From Candidatus Parcubacteria bacterium (lineage in GTDB: Bacteria; Patescibacteriota; Minisyncoccia; JACPXH01), in the NCBI GenBank assembly GCA_016196625.1, contig JACPXH010000004.1, positions 1,711 to 65,710 on the forward strand: a stretch of DNA of 64,000 bases, in the 5' to 3' direction. Under the pieces are notes generated by a model that was not told where the DNA came from, made no database searches, and was given only the letters and a program-made list of their open reading frames with translations. This document shows, piece after piece, positions 1 to 10,514 of the stretch (position 1 is the stretch's first letter; every line of letters begins with the position of its first letter). The position numbers and the translations under genes are program-made.

Positions 1-2916
1 ACTGACCGGATTCGGTAAGGATACCGTAGGCACTCCCTTGTACAGGATGAAGGCTTGGCCTGTGTAGGTACCGGACTTGCTGCCTTTGGCGATCTTGGTC
101 GCTGACTGCACCCCGACTCCAGCATAGGCATCATCGTCGATGCCCGTTGAGATGCCGCGACCCGCGACTCCAGCCAAGTTGGTGCCAATCTGGTTCCAGT
201 CAGCCTTGAGCGTAACCTGCTTGCCGGTCGAGCCTTTCAGAATTCGGAGCGTGCCCTGGGTCAGAATGAAGGTAACCGGGGTTGACGCTTCGGTGCTCGT
301 GGGCGTTACCTCTGCCAACTTCGTTGTGCCGTCGTAGAGGTAGAACTTGGCCACCTGATTTCGCGTAACACCGGTGTTTTGAGTCGTGGTCGTTACATGC
401 AATTCAGTGATGTCAATGTCCTCGTTCGTTGCGGTGAACCGAATCTCGCCCAGCGTAAAGCCTGTCTGCCCTGACACGGCCAAGGCCGAGGTGGTCGGGT
501 TGGCAGCATCGGTGGCCACGGTGAGCGAACCTGTGGAAGCCGTGGTCATTGCTTGACCAGTTGAGTCGGTTACCGTGGGAGTTACCGAGGAGGCGGTTAC
601 ATTACCTATTCCTACCACTCCGGTCTGACCGGAGATGCCAAAGGAGTAGGTCTGGGAGGTGCCTGCGTTCGCACTCATGTCGCCCTTTAGACGGATCGTT
701 ATGGTCGTGCCCTTCGTAATAACGAGGGGACTCGAGAGCGTGAATGTGGTTGTGGCCGTGCTTTCGGTCGGCTGCACTATAGGCTGCAAGGCCGTCTCAG
801 TGCTGCCGGAGACCGTGAACAGCTGCTGGTTGACCACGTCATCTTCGGTGGCGGCTGTGCCAACCGTGTTCTTGGGCTTGATGGCCGTCACCCGAACATC
901 TTCGCCCGCGTCTGACGCATCGAACGTCCACTCGGCGAAGGTGAAGGCATTAGTCCCCACAATGATGGTCTGCGCGGCCGGAGTGGCATTGGTCGTTACC
1001 TTCAGATTCGCCGCCTTGACCGTTACGGTGTCGGTCGTCACGTCGGTCGTCGGGTTGGGTGTCAACGTGTTATTCGTCACCGACCCCTTGGCCGTTACCG
1101 TAGCTGCTGGTGCGGCAACGCCAACCTGTATCGTGTCGTTGTTCGCGTAGGTCGTGCTCAAGTTGCCTTTGATCGTGTAGACCGCAGTGCCCGTCGGGAA
1201 GACAACCGTATCGGTTGAAGTGGCGCGGCCATCGAATGAACCAGACGCGCGCACGGTCGGATCAATGGGCCCTAACACTGCCGCGCCGGCGCTGTCGAAG
1301 ATAGTCAAGTTCGTCAGGTTCGAGAGCGCCTTTGAGCTTGAAGCGTAAATCACCAAGCGCGTCACATTAATTGACTCGCCTTCCACCGTGGTTTTGAACT
1401 TACCCAACACCTGCCCGTTGCCACCTGACGCAACGTTGAGGGACGTGATCGGATCCTTAGAGAAAGTGAGCGTGCCCGTGCCTATAGTGGTCGTGTCAGA
1501 CGGGTTGAAGCGTGGGTCAGCCGAGTTCGGATACGTGGGTGTAATGAAGTAACCGTACTTGAGGCCCTTGACAACCAAGTGCGTGGATTTCTCAATCACG
1601 AAGTCAACCGTACGGCTCGAACCAGACTTGATGTCGCCACGGATCGAGAACTCGCGCGACTCACCTTTCGGGATTTTGATCTTGGGGCTCACGTTGTAGG
1701 TAACGTACTTGGCCGTAGGCTTGGACACCGTCGCGAGCACGGTTGAACCGTCTTGCAACAGCTCAAGATCAGTCACGTCATCGTCGCCTGCGGTGCCGTT
1801 CTCAAACCACGTGATCTGGCTTACTTCAATATCCTCGGCCGAACCGGCCGTTACTTTGAAGGACGAGAAGAGATAGTCAGTCTTGCCCACGCGTTGGGTC
1901 GTTGCTGACGGATCAAGTCCGCCGACGGCCACGGTGGCAACACCTATCGTGAGTGTGGCGTTCATCGTCATGGCGTTGCCCGCAATCGGAAGCGTGACCG
2001 AAAGCGTGCCGGACTTCATCGCCACTGCCGTCACTTCAAGTCTGGCCACTTCAGCCGCATTGAGGGAACTCGCCATGTTGGCCGCCACGGTGAGGTACTT
2101 CGTGCCGGCTTTGACCGTGATGTCGTCGTTGAAGACGGTGTCATCTTGAGAAGACAGGGTCTTGGCCGAGCCGATCTGCGTATCGTTATCGCTGTTGTCG
2201 AGAAGAATGATTTCCGAGAAGTTAGCGTTCGCAGAAGCGCCCGTGCGCTTGACCGTGATCGAATCAATCACCGCATCGCCGCCTGAAGCGCTGAGCATCA
2301 GTTTTGTGAAGCCCACGCGCGCGGCGTTTTGCGGAATGGTCGTCGCAGCCGGCGTATCAGAAGCCAAGCTCACGCTGAGCGTCCCGGCCGGGCCACTCGG
2401 AGTCGACGGAGTGCCGAGGTCAGCGCCGGTCGTATAGAAGTCGCGCTCGGCGGTATTGGTCACATAGACCGCATTCCACTTGTACCCGCGGGAATTGAAT
2501 TCCGCGAGGGTCGTGACCCAGCGCTTGGTTGCGCCCACGCCTGCCACTGCCGTTGCCGGATCAGTCCAGTAGACTTTCGTGTCGCCGTCAGCCCTAGTCA
2601 GCCACGATTCCTCGTAGCTGGCGACTGTCTCCGGCGAAACTACTTTAACTTTCGAGAATCCAAGGTGCAGGTAAAAGTTGAACATCTGGGGTCCAACGAA
2701 CCAGCGCCTGTATTTCTCGGAGCCGACGAGTTTTACAATATAGACCTTGAAATCATTCGAGGCGCGAATGAGATCACCGTCTACGATCGTTTGCGCTGAA
2801 GCTGAAAGTGGCACGAGGAGCGAAACGCCCGAGAGCCAGACAGTTGTGGAAACCGCCAAAGCTCCGGAGACAAAACGCTCGAGCACGCCACTTCGTTTTC
2901 TAAACGATTGAGGCAT
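1..2916 (-). CDS. Large secreted S-layer-like/cell-surface protein, Thr/Ser/Ala/Val-rich with beta-sandwich repeats (partial, runs off the window start)
   Basis: Hand translation from ATG 2916 (AGGAG upstream): MPQSFRKRSGVLERFVSGALAVSTTVWLSGVSLLVPLSASAQ signal peptide, then GTLSVSLASDTPAATTIPQ-type repeats. Absent from the ORF track, presumably because it has no stop inside the window. Confidence 0.75.
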   Translation of the reverse strand, partial: MPQSFRKRSGVLERFVSGALAVSTTVWLSGVSLLVPLSASAQTIVDGDLIRASNDFKVYIVKLVGSEKYRRWFVGPQMFNFYLHLGFSKVKVVSPETVASYEESWLTRADGDTKVYWTDPATAVAGVGATKRWVTTLAEFNSRGYKWNAVYVTNTAERDFYTTGADLGTPSTPSGPAGTLSVSLASDTPAATTIPQNAARVGFTKLMLSASGGDAVIDSITVKRTGASANANFSEIILLDNSDNDTQIGSAKTLSSQDDTVFNDDITVKAGTKYLTVAANMASSLNAAEVARLEVTAVAMKSGTLSVTLPIAGNAMTMNATLTIGVATVAVGGLDPSATTQRVGKTDYLFSSFKVTAGSAEDIEVSQITWFENGTAGDDDVTDLELLQDGSTVLATVSKPTAKYVTYNVSPKIKIPKGESREFSIRGDIKSGSSRTVDFVIEKSTHLVVKGLKYGYFITPTYPNSADPRFNPSDTTTIGTGTLTFSKDPITSLNVASGGNGQVLGKFKTTVEGESINVTRLVIYASSSKALSNLTNLTIFDSAGAAVLGPIDPTVRASGSFDGRATSTDTVVFPTGTAVYTIKGNLSTTYANNDTIQVGVAAPAATVTAKGSVTNNTLTPNPTTDVTTDTVTVKAANLKVTTNATPAAQTIIVGTNAFTFAEWTFDASDAGEDVRVTAIKPKNTVGTAATEDDVVNQQLFTVSGSTETALQPIVQPTESTATTTFTLSSPLVITKGTTITIRLKGDMSANAGTSQTYSFGISGQTGVVGIGNVTASSVTPTVTDSTGQAMTTASTGSLTVATDAANPTTSALAVSGQTGFTLGEIRFTATNEDIDITELHVTTTTQNTGVTRNQVAKFYLYDGTTKLAEVTPTSTEASTPVTFILTQGTLRILKGSTGKQVTLKADWNQIGTNLAGVAGRGISTGIDDDAYAGVGVQSATKIAKGSKSGTYTGQAFILYKGVPTVSLPNPVS

Positions 2917-3164
2917 AACGTTTCTCCTTAATATAGTGATGGACATCTCCTCTCCTCCCGGGAAACGACCTAACGCCTAATCCTGGGCCGAGGGAGATTC
3001 TTTATTCGTCCCGCCACACCGGGCGGCTACCGAATAAACTCTAGTTGATAAAGATTAACATGGCTGATTTTGAGGAGCCAAGTCCGTTCCGTCCTGAACG
3101 GGCGGAACACCGACCCGACCTCGAACTCCGCAATCAGAATTTGAAGGAAGTAATTTGAGACTCT

Positions 3165-3193
3165 AGTTTGCCGGAGTACTCTTGAATTGTCAA
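3165..3193 (-). promoter_or_regulatory. Putative sigma70 promoter of the surface-protein gene
   Basis: TTGACA-17 bp-CAAACT on the minus strand, implying a ~240-nt leader. Confidence 0.45.
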
Positions 3194-3594
3194 CGAACAA
3201 GATAAATCTTTGTCATCATACATGCCTGCAATCAACTCTGCAACACTGTGGGCAATCCTTCTAATCGATTGTCAAATGATTGAATTGAGTCGTTCGCACT
3301 ACGAACACGAAAACACTCTCACGCCACCATTCTCTGCGCATCTCTGCGCACGCGTAACCATTAAATATATCTCGCCTCGCCATTATATGCCGGGCAGCTA
3401 TTCGGAGCAAGGCTTTAGAAAGCCATTTTGTGGATAAGTGCAGCTAGCTGAATTTCTGGCCACACGCTGCTAACCATGCCCACAAACGCATACTCAACAT
3501 GCAGGCTGCTTATCCCGACCAACCAAGAATTTTCTCCATTATAACAGTCAAAAAAAGCCTCGCAAACAACTCTTGTGGATAACTAAACAAGCAT

Positions 3595-4239
3595 TTAAGC
3601 CCCGCTTTGACGAACAAGAAAATACATACTGCTTGCGCCAAATCCCTGTCTCATTATAAGCCCTCCTTGGCAAAGATCGTTCAGATCTCTCCGGATGGTA
3701 CGCGCAGAAACGCCAGCTAAGGCCGAAGAAAAATCGCGCAGGCGGCAAGAACCGTCCTGCCGGAGAATGGCCAGAATGTTGGCTTGGCGCCTGCTTCGGA
3801 CGCCTTCCTCCGCAGCTCTATTTGATTTTGTTGCTCCGGTATGACTTTCGGCAAACCTTGCCGCTTTCTGGCTCTGCTGCTCAATCAACTGCGGCCAGTG
3901 CTGCCAGAGAGAGCGGTAAGCTGAAATGAGCACGGTGAAATTCTCCGGCGCTGCAAACCCCAATGGCGAAGCTAAGCGCAAGAGAGCAACAAGCTGGGAG
4001 AACACCTGGAGGCCGTTTTGCCTGTCCAGATGCGCGCTTGAAGCAACGCTTTCAATAACGAGCTGCCGCAGTTTTTCGCGGAGCGGCTCATCTGATGGGA
4101 ACTTCTGCGTTACCCTATACACGGCCAGACCAATTCGAATGGCCTCATTGACTCGACCCGCAGAAATGTCCTTATTGGCATCTCCAAGGCCTTTCCTGCC
4201 GCGCACGCCCAATGGGCCAAGAGAATCTGTGGCGTCCAT
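3595..4239 (-). CDS. Four-helix-bundle-like protein with C-terminal DeoR-type HTH
   Basis: LAVYRVTQKFPSDEPLREKLR N-terminal motif; RRQANILAIL...VSARTIRRDLNDL HTH. Confidence 0.7.
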   Translation of the reverse strand: MDATDSLGPLGVRGRKGLGDANKDISAGRVNEAIRIGLAVYRVTQKFPSDEPLREKLRQLVIESVASSAHLDRQNGLQVFSQLVALLRLASPLGFAAPENFTVLISAYRSLWQHWPQLIEQQSQKAARFAESHTGATKSNRAAEEGVRSRRQANILAILRQDGSCRLRDFSSALAGVSARTIRRDLNDLCQGGLIMRQGFGASSMYFLVRQSGA

Positions 4240-4399
4240 ATGCCGGCATTGTATGTCCTAATTCTTTTCTGGCGCAACTCCACCAAATTTCCAGACTGAA
4301 AAAGGACCGCTTCGCCGCCGGTCCTTTTCTCCCCGCCCTCGCAGAGGGCCACGGGCTCTGCCCTATAGAACTTCACTATCGATTGTCGGCCGCCCAAAA

Positions 4400-5479
4400 C
4401 TAAAGCTCTACGCTCGAGTAATCCCCAACCACCAACTTGTGCCCAGACGGTCTGGTAGCTTGATGAGATTGCAGAATGCAGTTTCGGCCAAGAATACTGT
4501 CTACAATACGGACAGGAGTTTCGATTCTCGCGTCATTGAGGACAATAGAATGATCGAGTTCGGCGCCTTTGGTTTGTACATTGTCCCCAATGGCGGTAAA
4601 AGGCCCAATATAGCTGTCCTCGATGACAGAATTTTCTCCAATAAGGACAGGGCCCCGAACGAATGATGTCCCTTTTATATAAGAGCCTGTCCCTATTCGA
4701 ACCCGACCTTGAACAGTAGCCTGATTGTCCACTTGACCCAAAATTTCAGAAACAAAAGCAGCCGGATCACTCATCACCAGCTGATTGCCCTCAAGCAAAT
4801 CCTGGGGCAGCCCCGTATCTTTCCACCAACCAGTAATCACGGAATATCCGGCCTTAAAGCCACGCTCTATAAGCATGGTGTTGAAATCAGAAATTTCGTA
4901 TTCCCCCCGCCGGCTAGGCCGCAAATCATCCAAAACCGGCCAGACGTCAGGCCGGTAGAGATAAATGCCCGCCTGGGCCAGATCGCTGGCCGGATTTTCA
5001 GGCTTTTCAATGATTCGCCGCAGCGTGCCATCTGAGGCAAACTCCGGCACACCGAAGCGCTGGGGATCTTTGACTTTGACAAAGTTGAAGTGGCAATGGA
5101 CCCCGCTCGAGGTAAACTCCTTGACAATATTCCCTAAACCCTCCACCAAAAGATTATCGCCCAAGTAGAAAATGCACGGCTCATCCCCAATGAAGTCACG
5201 TCCGGTGCCAAGCGCATGCGCAAGGCCCAAAGCACCGCCATGCTGCTCGAGATACGTAAGTTCAACCCCCCACTGCTCGCCCCTACCCAAGGCCTCACGC
5301 AGTTCTGTCTCGCCGGGATTTACGATGATACCCACTTCACGAATGCCCACCGCGGCCATCTTTTCAATGGCATAAAATATCATGGGTTTGTTGGCAATCG
5401 GGATGAGGTGCTTGTTGATGGTGAAGGTCAGCGGCCGCAGCCTCGTCCCTCGCCCACCGCCAGTAATGAGTGCTTTCAT
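4400..5479 (-). CDS. rfbA: Glucose-1-phosphate thymidylyltransferase (long form)
   Basis: GGRGTRLRPLT..NKHLIPIANKP, EKP, WWKDTG, C-terminal hexapeptide repeats; next to rfbB. Confidence 0.92.
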   Translation of the reverse strand: MKALITGGGRGTRLRPLTFTINKHLIPIANKPMIFYAIEKMAAVGIREVGIIVNPGETELREALGRGEQWGVELTYLEQHGGALGLAHALGTGRDFIGDEPCIFYLGDNLLVEGLGNIVKEFTSSGVHCHFNFVKVKDPQRFGVPEFASDGTLRRIIEKPENPASDLAQAGIYLYRPDVWPVLDDLRPSRRGEYEISDFNTMLIERGFKAGYSVITGWWKDTGLPQDLLEGNQLVMSDPAAFVSEILGQVDNQATVQGRVRIGTGSYIKGTSFVRGPVLIGENSVIEDSYIGPFTAIGDNVQTKGAELDHSIVLNDARIETPVRIVDSILGRNCILQSHQATRPSGHKLVVGDYSSVEL

Positions 5480-5500
5480 GGATCCTTTACTTGGTTACCC

Positions 5501-5716
5501 AATACCCTCGGGCGCTGCCTCGAAAAGACGTGTCGCTCGCCCCAGCGAGGCTCGCGCACTCTCGCTCGGCCAAAAGGAATGCCCGGGGCGTTGCGTCCGG
5601 TCTCGCGCCGCTTCGCGGCAAGCTCGACCGGCAACGCCCGTGCGGAGCGAAGCAGCTCGCTCCGCACCCCGCTCATCCTGCGCGACGCTTTTCTCGGCAG
5701 CAGCCCTCGGGGTATT
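5501..5716. repeat. Intergenic fold-back element (divergent relative of the dispersed repeat family)
   Basis: Imperfect terminal IR aataccctcgggcgctgcctcgaaaag / cttttctcggcagcagccctcggggtatt; minus strand carries ggccgagcg and cctcgctgggg motifs. Confidence 0.55.
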
Positions 5717-5757
5717 TACGTTCTTACACTCGCCATCTTGGATAATAGGAGAAAACT

Positions 5758-6771
5758 TTAAAGATATTCCACCTTTCCCTCCCCAATAATTTTCTGCCAC
5801 CACCACGGATTCTCCGTGTACCACCGCACCGTCTCCTGCAACTCATCTTCGAACGATCGCTCGGGCATCCAGCCCAACTCGCGGCTGATTTTACCCGCAT
5901 CAACGCCGTAGCGAAAGTCGTGCCCGGGTCTATCCTCAACGAATTCAATGAGTCGCGGGGGCTTGCCCAATAGATACGCGATGCTGAGCGCCACCTCGAT
6001 GTTGGGCTTCTCCACGGCGCCGGCGATATTATACACTTCACCATTCTGCCCGCTGCGCAAGACCGCATCAATGGCGGCGGCATGGTCTTCGACCGCGAGC
6101 CAAGTGCGGATGTTGAGACCGTAACCATAAACCGGGACGGTCTTGCCCGCCAGTAAACGGGTTACGGTCCGGGGGATAAACTTTTCCGGGTGCTGGTGCG
6201 GGCCAAAGGTATTGCTGCCCCGGGTTATCGCCACCTCAAGACCGTACGTATGCGCAAACGAGAGTACCAAATGTTCTGCTCCGGCCTTGCAAGCCGAGTA
6301 AGGATTAGCCGGGTTGAGCGCGGCAGTTTCGGTGCAGTAACCCTCGCTGATGCTGCCGTACACTTCGTCGGTTGAGACCTGAACGAAACGCTTGGCCCCG
6401 AACTCGCGGGCGACCGCAAGCAGCACGCCCACCCCCAACACGTTCGCCTCAAGGAACGGCCGCGGATCGTGAATGGAGCGATCAACGTGAGTTTCAGCGG
6501 CAAAGTTGACTACGGCTTCAACTTTTTCCCGCGCCATGACCTCGCGGATCATGGCTTCGTCCGCGATGTCTCCCTGAACGAAAACGTAGCGCGGACTGTC
6601 GCGCTTCCCCTCTTGAGCCACCTTTTCTTCGACATCCCGAAGGTTGTCGAGGTTACCCGCATAGGTCAGCTTGTCGAAGTCGACCACACGGTCTTCCGGA
6701 TACGTGTTGAGCACGTGCCGGATGAAATGCGACCCGATGAAGCCTGCGCCACCGGTTATAAGTATTGTCAT
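5758..6771 (-). CDS. rfbB: dTDP-glucose 4,6-dehydratase
   Basis: GGAGFIGS, DKLTYAGN, AAETHVDRSI, STDEVYG, YSACK, DRPGHDFRY. Confidence 0.96.
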   Translation of the reverse strand: MTILITGGAGFIGSHFIRHVLNTYPEDRVVDFDKLTYAGNLDNLRDVEEKVAQEGKRDSPRYVFVQGDIADEAMIREVMAREKVEAVVNFAAETHVDRSIHDPRPFLEANVLGVGVLLAVAREFGAKRFVQVSTDEVYGSISEGYCTETAALNPANPYSACKAGAEHLVLSFAHTYGLEVAITRGSNTFGPHQHPEKFIPRTVTRLLAGKTVPVYGYGLNIRTWLAVEDHAAAIDAVLRSGQNGEVYNIAGAVEKPNIEVALSIAYLLGKPPRLIEFVEDRPGHDFRYGVDAGKISRELGWMPERSFEDELQETVRWYTENPWWWQKIIGEGKVEYL

Positions 6772-6886
6772 GTAGGGAAAAGTGTTGTCGGATATTGAGT
6801 ATTCGTTGCGTTGAGGAGACGGTTATTCTTAACGCGAATTTGCTCAATGGGTCAAGCGCTGCGACTGCAGAACCCAAAAAGAAATG

Positions 6887-6914
6887 GCCTCGGTGGCCAT
6901 CTGGCCACCGAGGC
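6887..6914 (-). terminator. Intrinsic terminator hairpin
   Basis: gcctcggtggcca/tggccaccgaggc stem with a T-rich tail on the minus strand, after the methyltransferase. Confidence 0.6.
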
Positions 6915-6938
6915 GTACGTTTTGCTTCTCCCTCCTTG

Positions 6939-7826
6939 CTATGCCTTACGAACGAACCACACCTGCCGCTTGCCGTAAGCCGGCGGCGAGAACTGGTAAT
7001 CGCTCCACAGATTGACGATAGTGAAACCGCTGCGCTCAAGCAGATGCTGCATCTCGAAGCGGTAGAACCATCGGAGCGACAAACGCCAGTAATACTGGCG
7101 GAGCACTTGATCATCGGACGCAAGTTCCACAAACCGCCACTCTGCATGGAGAACCTGCTGCTCGACGATGTTCTCGCGCGCGTCAAGGAAGATCTTCCAC
7201 CGCAGCTTTGTTTCGGGATGCACCACCTCACCCACCATTTCTCTTGTCAGGCCTCCCCCGGGCAGACACATTTCCAGCTTCGGGTCGAAGACATCAATCA
7301 CGAGGTGCCCGTTTTCGGCAAGGTGATGGCGGATGCATTGGAGAGCCCGCATCTGGTTCTCGATCGCGAGCAGATGCTGGAACGCCGAGAACGGGACGAT
7401 AGCGAGCGGGAACTTGCGGCCGAGATCGAAGTCGCGCATGTCGCCCTCGACAAGCGAGATGTTCCGCTGTACCAATGCGGACTCTTTGGAGATATTCTCC
7501 CTCGCCTGCCGAAGCATGTTGGGCGAAATCTCGAGCCCAACCACCGGAATGTTTTGCTCCGCAAGGTAGCGGGCGACGCGGCCGGTACCTACGGCCAGTT
7601 CAAGCACCGGCCGGCGGCGCTTGGCCAGCTTGTGATATAGCACCCGATCATCACCATGGTCGAGCGGACCCGGGTGCAATGCATCGTAGAGATCCACCAA
7701 CGGATGCGGGTACTCAAGGAACTGTGGCGTGACACACCCTCCTGGTGATGGGTTGTTTGATCCAGATAAAGCGCGACCCGATGCCACACCTCGATCGCCT
7801 TTGGGGATAAAACCACCGAACACCAC
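6939..7826 (-). CDS. Class I SAM-dependent methyltransferase (start uncertain)
   Basis: VLELAVGTGR motif I, GLEISPNML, GDMRDFDL, HLAENGHLVID. Confidence 0.85.
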   Translation of the reverse strand: MVFGGFIPKGDRGVASGRALSGSNNPSPGGCVTPQFLEYPHPLVDLYDALHPGPLDHGDDRVLYHKLAKRRRPVLELAVGTGRVARYLAEQNIPVVGLEISPNMLRQARENISKESALVQRNISLVEGDMRDFDLGRKFPLAIVPFSAFQHLLAIENQMRALQCIRHHLAENGHLVIDVFDPKLEMCLPGGGLTREMVGEVVHPETKLRWKIFLDARENIVEQQVLHAEWRFVELASDDQVLRQYYWRLSLRWFYRFEMQHLLERSGFTIVNLWSDYQFSPPAYGKRQVWFVRKA

Positions 7827-7895
7827 ATCGAAAAACGGTTCGTGTATGACCCCCTCCTTGTGAAAGTACTGCGTTTGCGCACCTAGATAAAAACC

Positions 7896-7931
7896 AAGAC
7901 CGCCTTGGCTCTACCTAGCCAAGACGGTCTT
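7896..7931 (-). terminator. Terminator-like hairpin
   Basis: aagaccgccttggct / agccaagacggtctt stem followed by a T-run on the minus strand. Confidence 0.5.
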
Positions 7932-8219
7932 TGAAGAATACGGTTATGTGCGGCTTAGAAAATCTTCATGAGACAAAAACCACCTTGGCCAAATAGTCCA
8001 AAATCGCCCACATAGGTGGGATTAAAATCGGCATGACACCGACACCAGCACTGGCTGAGTGATTTTTGCATTGTGGCTAGGTTACCCGATCCATGAGGAG
8101 CTGTCAACCCCGTACTACAACGGCGGAGCAAAACTGCAGGGTCGGTGCGTCCATAACTGGTTGGACGGCGAGTTAAGCGCAAGTATCTGCGGCGCGTTGT
8201 AGTGCGGGGTCAACCCCAC

Positions 8220-9029
8220 TTACGCTCCGTACCGCGGCACTTTCAACCCATACTTACGAAAGTATTTGATCGCACTCAAGATGTGAATGCGCGTGTATGG
8301 ATTCAACAGCGCGTCGAAGACGGACCGCGAGCGCGATTGCTGCTGGTGGTAGTGGATGACTTTGGCCTGCGGGACATAGTGCACTTCCCAGCCCGCTTCC
8401 CAAAAACGCCGACACAAATCCACGTCTTCAAAATACATGAAAAAGCGCTCGTCAAAATGCCCAACCGCATTGAGCGCTTCGCGCCGGACGCAGAGCGCCG
8501 ACCCCATGAGCCAATCAACCGGTTCCGGGACAACGACCGCGGGTCGGTCGGCGCGCCGGAACGCCGCGAGCTTGCGCCGGAACCATTTGAGACGCCCGAA
8601 CCACGTGCGCCGAGACAGAATGACCGCGGGGCTATAGAAGCGGAACGCGGAATCCTGACGCGTCTCGTCAATGTTCAAAAGCTGTGGCCCGGCCACTGCC
8701 ACACGGGGGTGCGCGCGCATGTACTCGAGCAATGCCCCGACTGTGCCCTGGAGCACAATAATATCCGCGTTCAAAATGAGCACGAACTCGCCCTGGCTTT
8801 TTTGAAGTCCGTGATTGATCAACTTGGCGTAACCGACGTTCTCGTCATGCCACAACCACTCAACTTCCGGGTACTCGGCGGCGAACGCAGCCATGGGCCC
8901 AGCTTCAGTCGCCGAATCCGACACCGTAATCTGTGTCCGCCCGGAGCCAACCGCTCGGCGCACAGAATCAAGGCAGAGCTTAAGGAGCGGCCGCGAGCGG
9001 TAGTGAGAGATAACCACCGAAAGCTCCAT
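8220..9029 (-). CDS. GT2 glycosyltransferase (rhamnosyltransferase-like)
   Basis: NVGYAKLIN, LILNAD, FDERFFMYFEDVDLCRR. Confidence 0.9.
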   Translation of the reverse strand: MELSVVISHYRSRPLLKLCLDSVRRAVGSGRTQITVSDSATEAGPMAAFAAEYPEVEWLWHDENVGYAKLINHGLQKSQGEFVLILNADIIVLQGTVGALLEYMRAHPRVAVAGPQLLNIDETRQDSAFRFYSPAVILSRRTWFGRLKWFRRKLAAFRRADRPAVVVPEPVDWLMGSALCVRREALNAVGHFDERFFMYFEDVDLCRRFWEAGWEVHYVPQAKVIHYHQQQSRSRSVFDALLNPYTRIHILSAIKYFRKYGLKVPRYGA

Positions 9030-9032
9030 GCG

Positions 9033-9764
9033 CTACCGCTTAGCCAGCATGTCGGCGACGGCCCGCGTGTCAACTAATGCGAGCCCATCGTCCGAAGCAC
9101 TCTCCACCACGGCGGCCACCGCTCCCCCGAGTGTCGCCACCACCGAACCGACCACCGGCTCACGCCCAACCCTGATAGAAACCATAAACCCGTCATCCCG
9201 GAGACGACTCACAATGCCGTCGGAAACAAAGACGGTGGCCACCCCGGCTCGACGCTCAATCCCCGCCAGGAATACTCGTTCGCCCAACTCAAGCTCGTCG
9301 AAACGCCGCAGCTCAACCACCGGCAGGTTCACCGCCGGCACCCTTAAGAGCGCCAGACCCCGGGCGCTATCAACGCTCACGACTTGAGCTACCCAACTCT
9401 GCTCGCGGTAGAAAGCAGTCAGTTCTGCTCCGGGACTTATAAGCGCGGCACTGGTGATGAGGAGCCCGTCGGCCGTGGCAATAAAGCCGCTCCCCTGCCC
9501 CACGATTTCACCCCCCCGGCGCGCTTCGATCGTTACCAGCACCGGCCGCAGACGATTCAAACCTTCGGTGAGCGCCGTCTCTTCGGTAATCGTAACGCGC
9601 CGCGTCTGGTTGACGACCGTGGTGCGGCTCGTTAGCCGTCCCAGCAACGGGAATCTCGTAACCAAAGCGGTGCTACCCACAATCGGCAGCACCGCAAACT
9701 CAAAGAGCGCTGCTCCGAACATGCCGAGAAGTATGGCCCCAAAAAATTTTAGAACTCGGTTCAC
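9033..9764 (-). CDS. Membrane-anchored trypsin-like (S1C) protease homologue, probably catalytically inactive
   Basis: GQGSGFIATADGLLIT and LALLRV motifs present; catalytic His and GNSGG absent. Confidence 0.65.
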   Translation of the reverse strand: MNRVLKFFGAILLGMFGAALFEFAVLPIVGSTALVTRFPLLGRLTSRTTVVNQTRRVTITEETALTEGLNRLRPVLVTIEARRGGEIVGQGSGFIATADGLLITSAALISPGAELTAFYREQSWVAQVVSVDSARGLALLRVPAVNLPVVELRRFDELELGERVFLAGIERRAGVATVFVSDGIVSRLRDDGFMVSIRVGREPVVGSVVATLGGAVAAVVESASDDGLALVDTRAVADMLAKR

Positions 9765-9776
9765 GTTGATAAACTG

Positions 9777-10514
9777 TCAACGGCTCAAGGCTATGATGAG
9801 AGCTAAGAATATACTCCCAAGTACGAGCGCGAAAGCCAGCCGACCCCGACTCAAACGGCCCCCCAGCTGCTCGCGACTTAAGGCTGTAAGCACCGTGCCA
9901 ACCACCGCCACCACTGCGCCTCCCCCAACCCCCCCGATCGGCCAAAAGCTTACCACCCAAAATGTCTGTGCTACAAGCAGGCTCACCACCGCTGCCGCAA
10001 GCAGTGGACGGCGTGTGCCTACATCCTTGGCCCGGCTAACTTCGGGCCAAACGATAAAAAAGGAGGCAACCGCCATCGCCGCTACGCCCTTGGGAAACGA
10101 CAGCAGAAATCCCAGGCCAGCCCCCAAGAGCGTTGCCGCCCAAAGAAAAAACGCCACTGGCGCAACCAGCCGGGCGGCCTCAATCGTCGCGCGTCCCGCC
10201 GGAGCATAAGCAAGTCCCTTGCGCGTCGCCCACCCTTCGGCCAATAAACACCCAACACTCACTGCCGCCAGCACCGGCAGCACCGCGGCTGAGCCGCCGA
10301 GCCGCCCAAAAAACGCAACGCCGGCGAAGAAGGCCCCAATCACAGTCAAAAAAGAGAGTACCTCGCGCAAACGCCGGAAACTATACCAACCCCACAGGGC
10401 CGCGCCCGAGAGCACCGCCGCCATGATGGACATTGAGGGCGCGCGCGGCTCGGAAAAAATAAAAACGGCCGCCCCGACGGCCACGCTCGGCACCCAGATG
10501 CGCCAACCCATCAT
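9777..10514 (-). CDS. Multi-pass membrane protein
   Basis: About 8 hydrophobic segments; start overlaps the clpB stop. Confidence 0.65.
   Translation of the reverse strand: MMGWRIWVPSVAVGAAVFIFSEPRAPSMSIMAAVLSGAALWGWYSFRRLREVLSFLTVIGAFFAGVAFFGRLGGSAAVLPVLAAVSVGCLLAEGWATRKGLAYAPAGRATIEAARLVAPVAFFLWAATLLGAGLGFLLSFPKGVAAMAVASFFIVWPEVSRAKDVGTRRPLLAAAVVSLLVAQTFWVVSFWPIGGVGGGAVVAVVGTVLTALSREQLGGRLSRGRLAFALVLGSIFLALIIALSR

Noticed and set aside
140-2799. Plus-strand ORFs in the first 2.8 kb
   Set aside because: Antisense shadows of the long minus-strand surface-protein gene.
7955-8182. 75-aa minus-strand ORF upstream of a terminator-like hairpin
   Set aside because: No SD or motif, so it cannot be supported, although the hairpin suggests something in this gap is transcribed.
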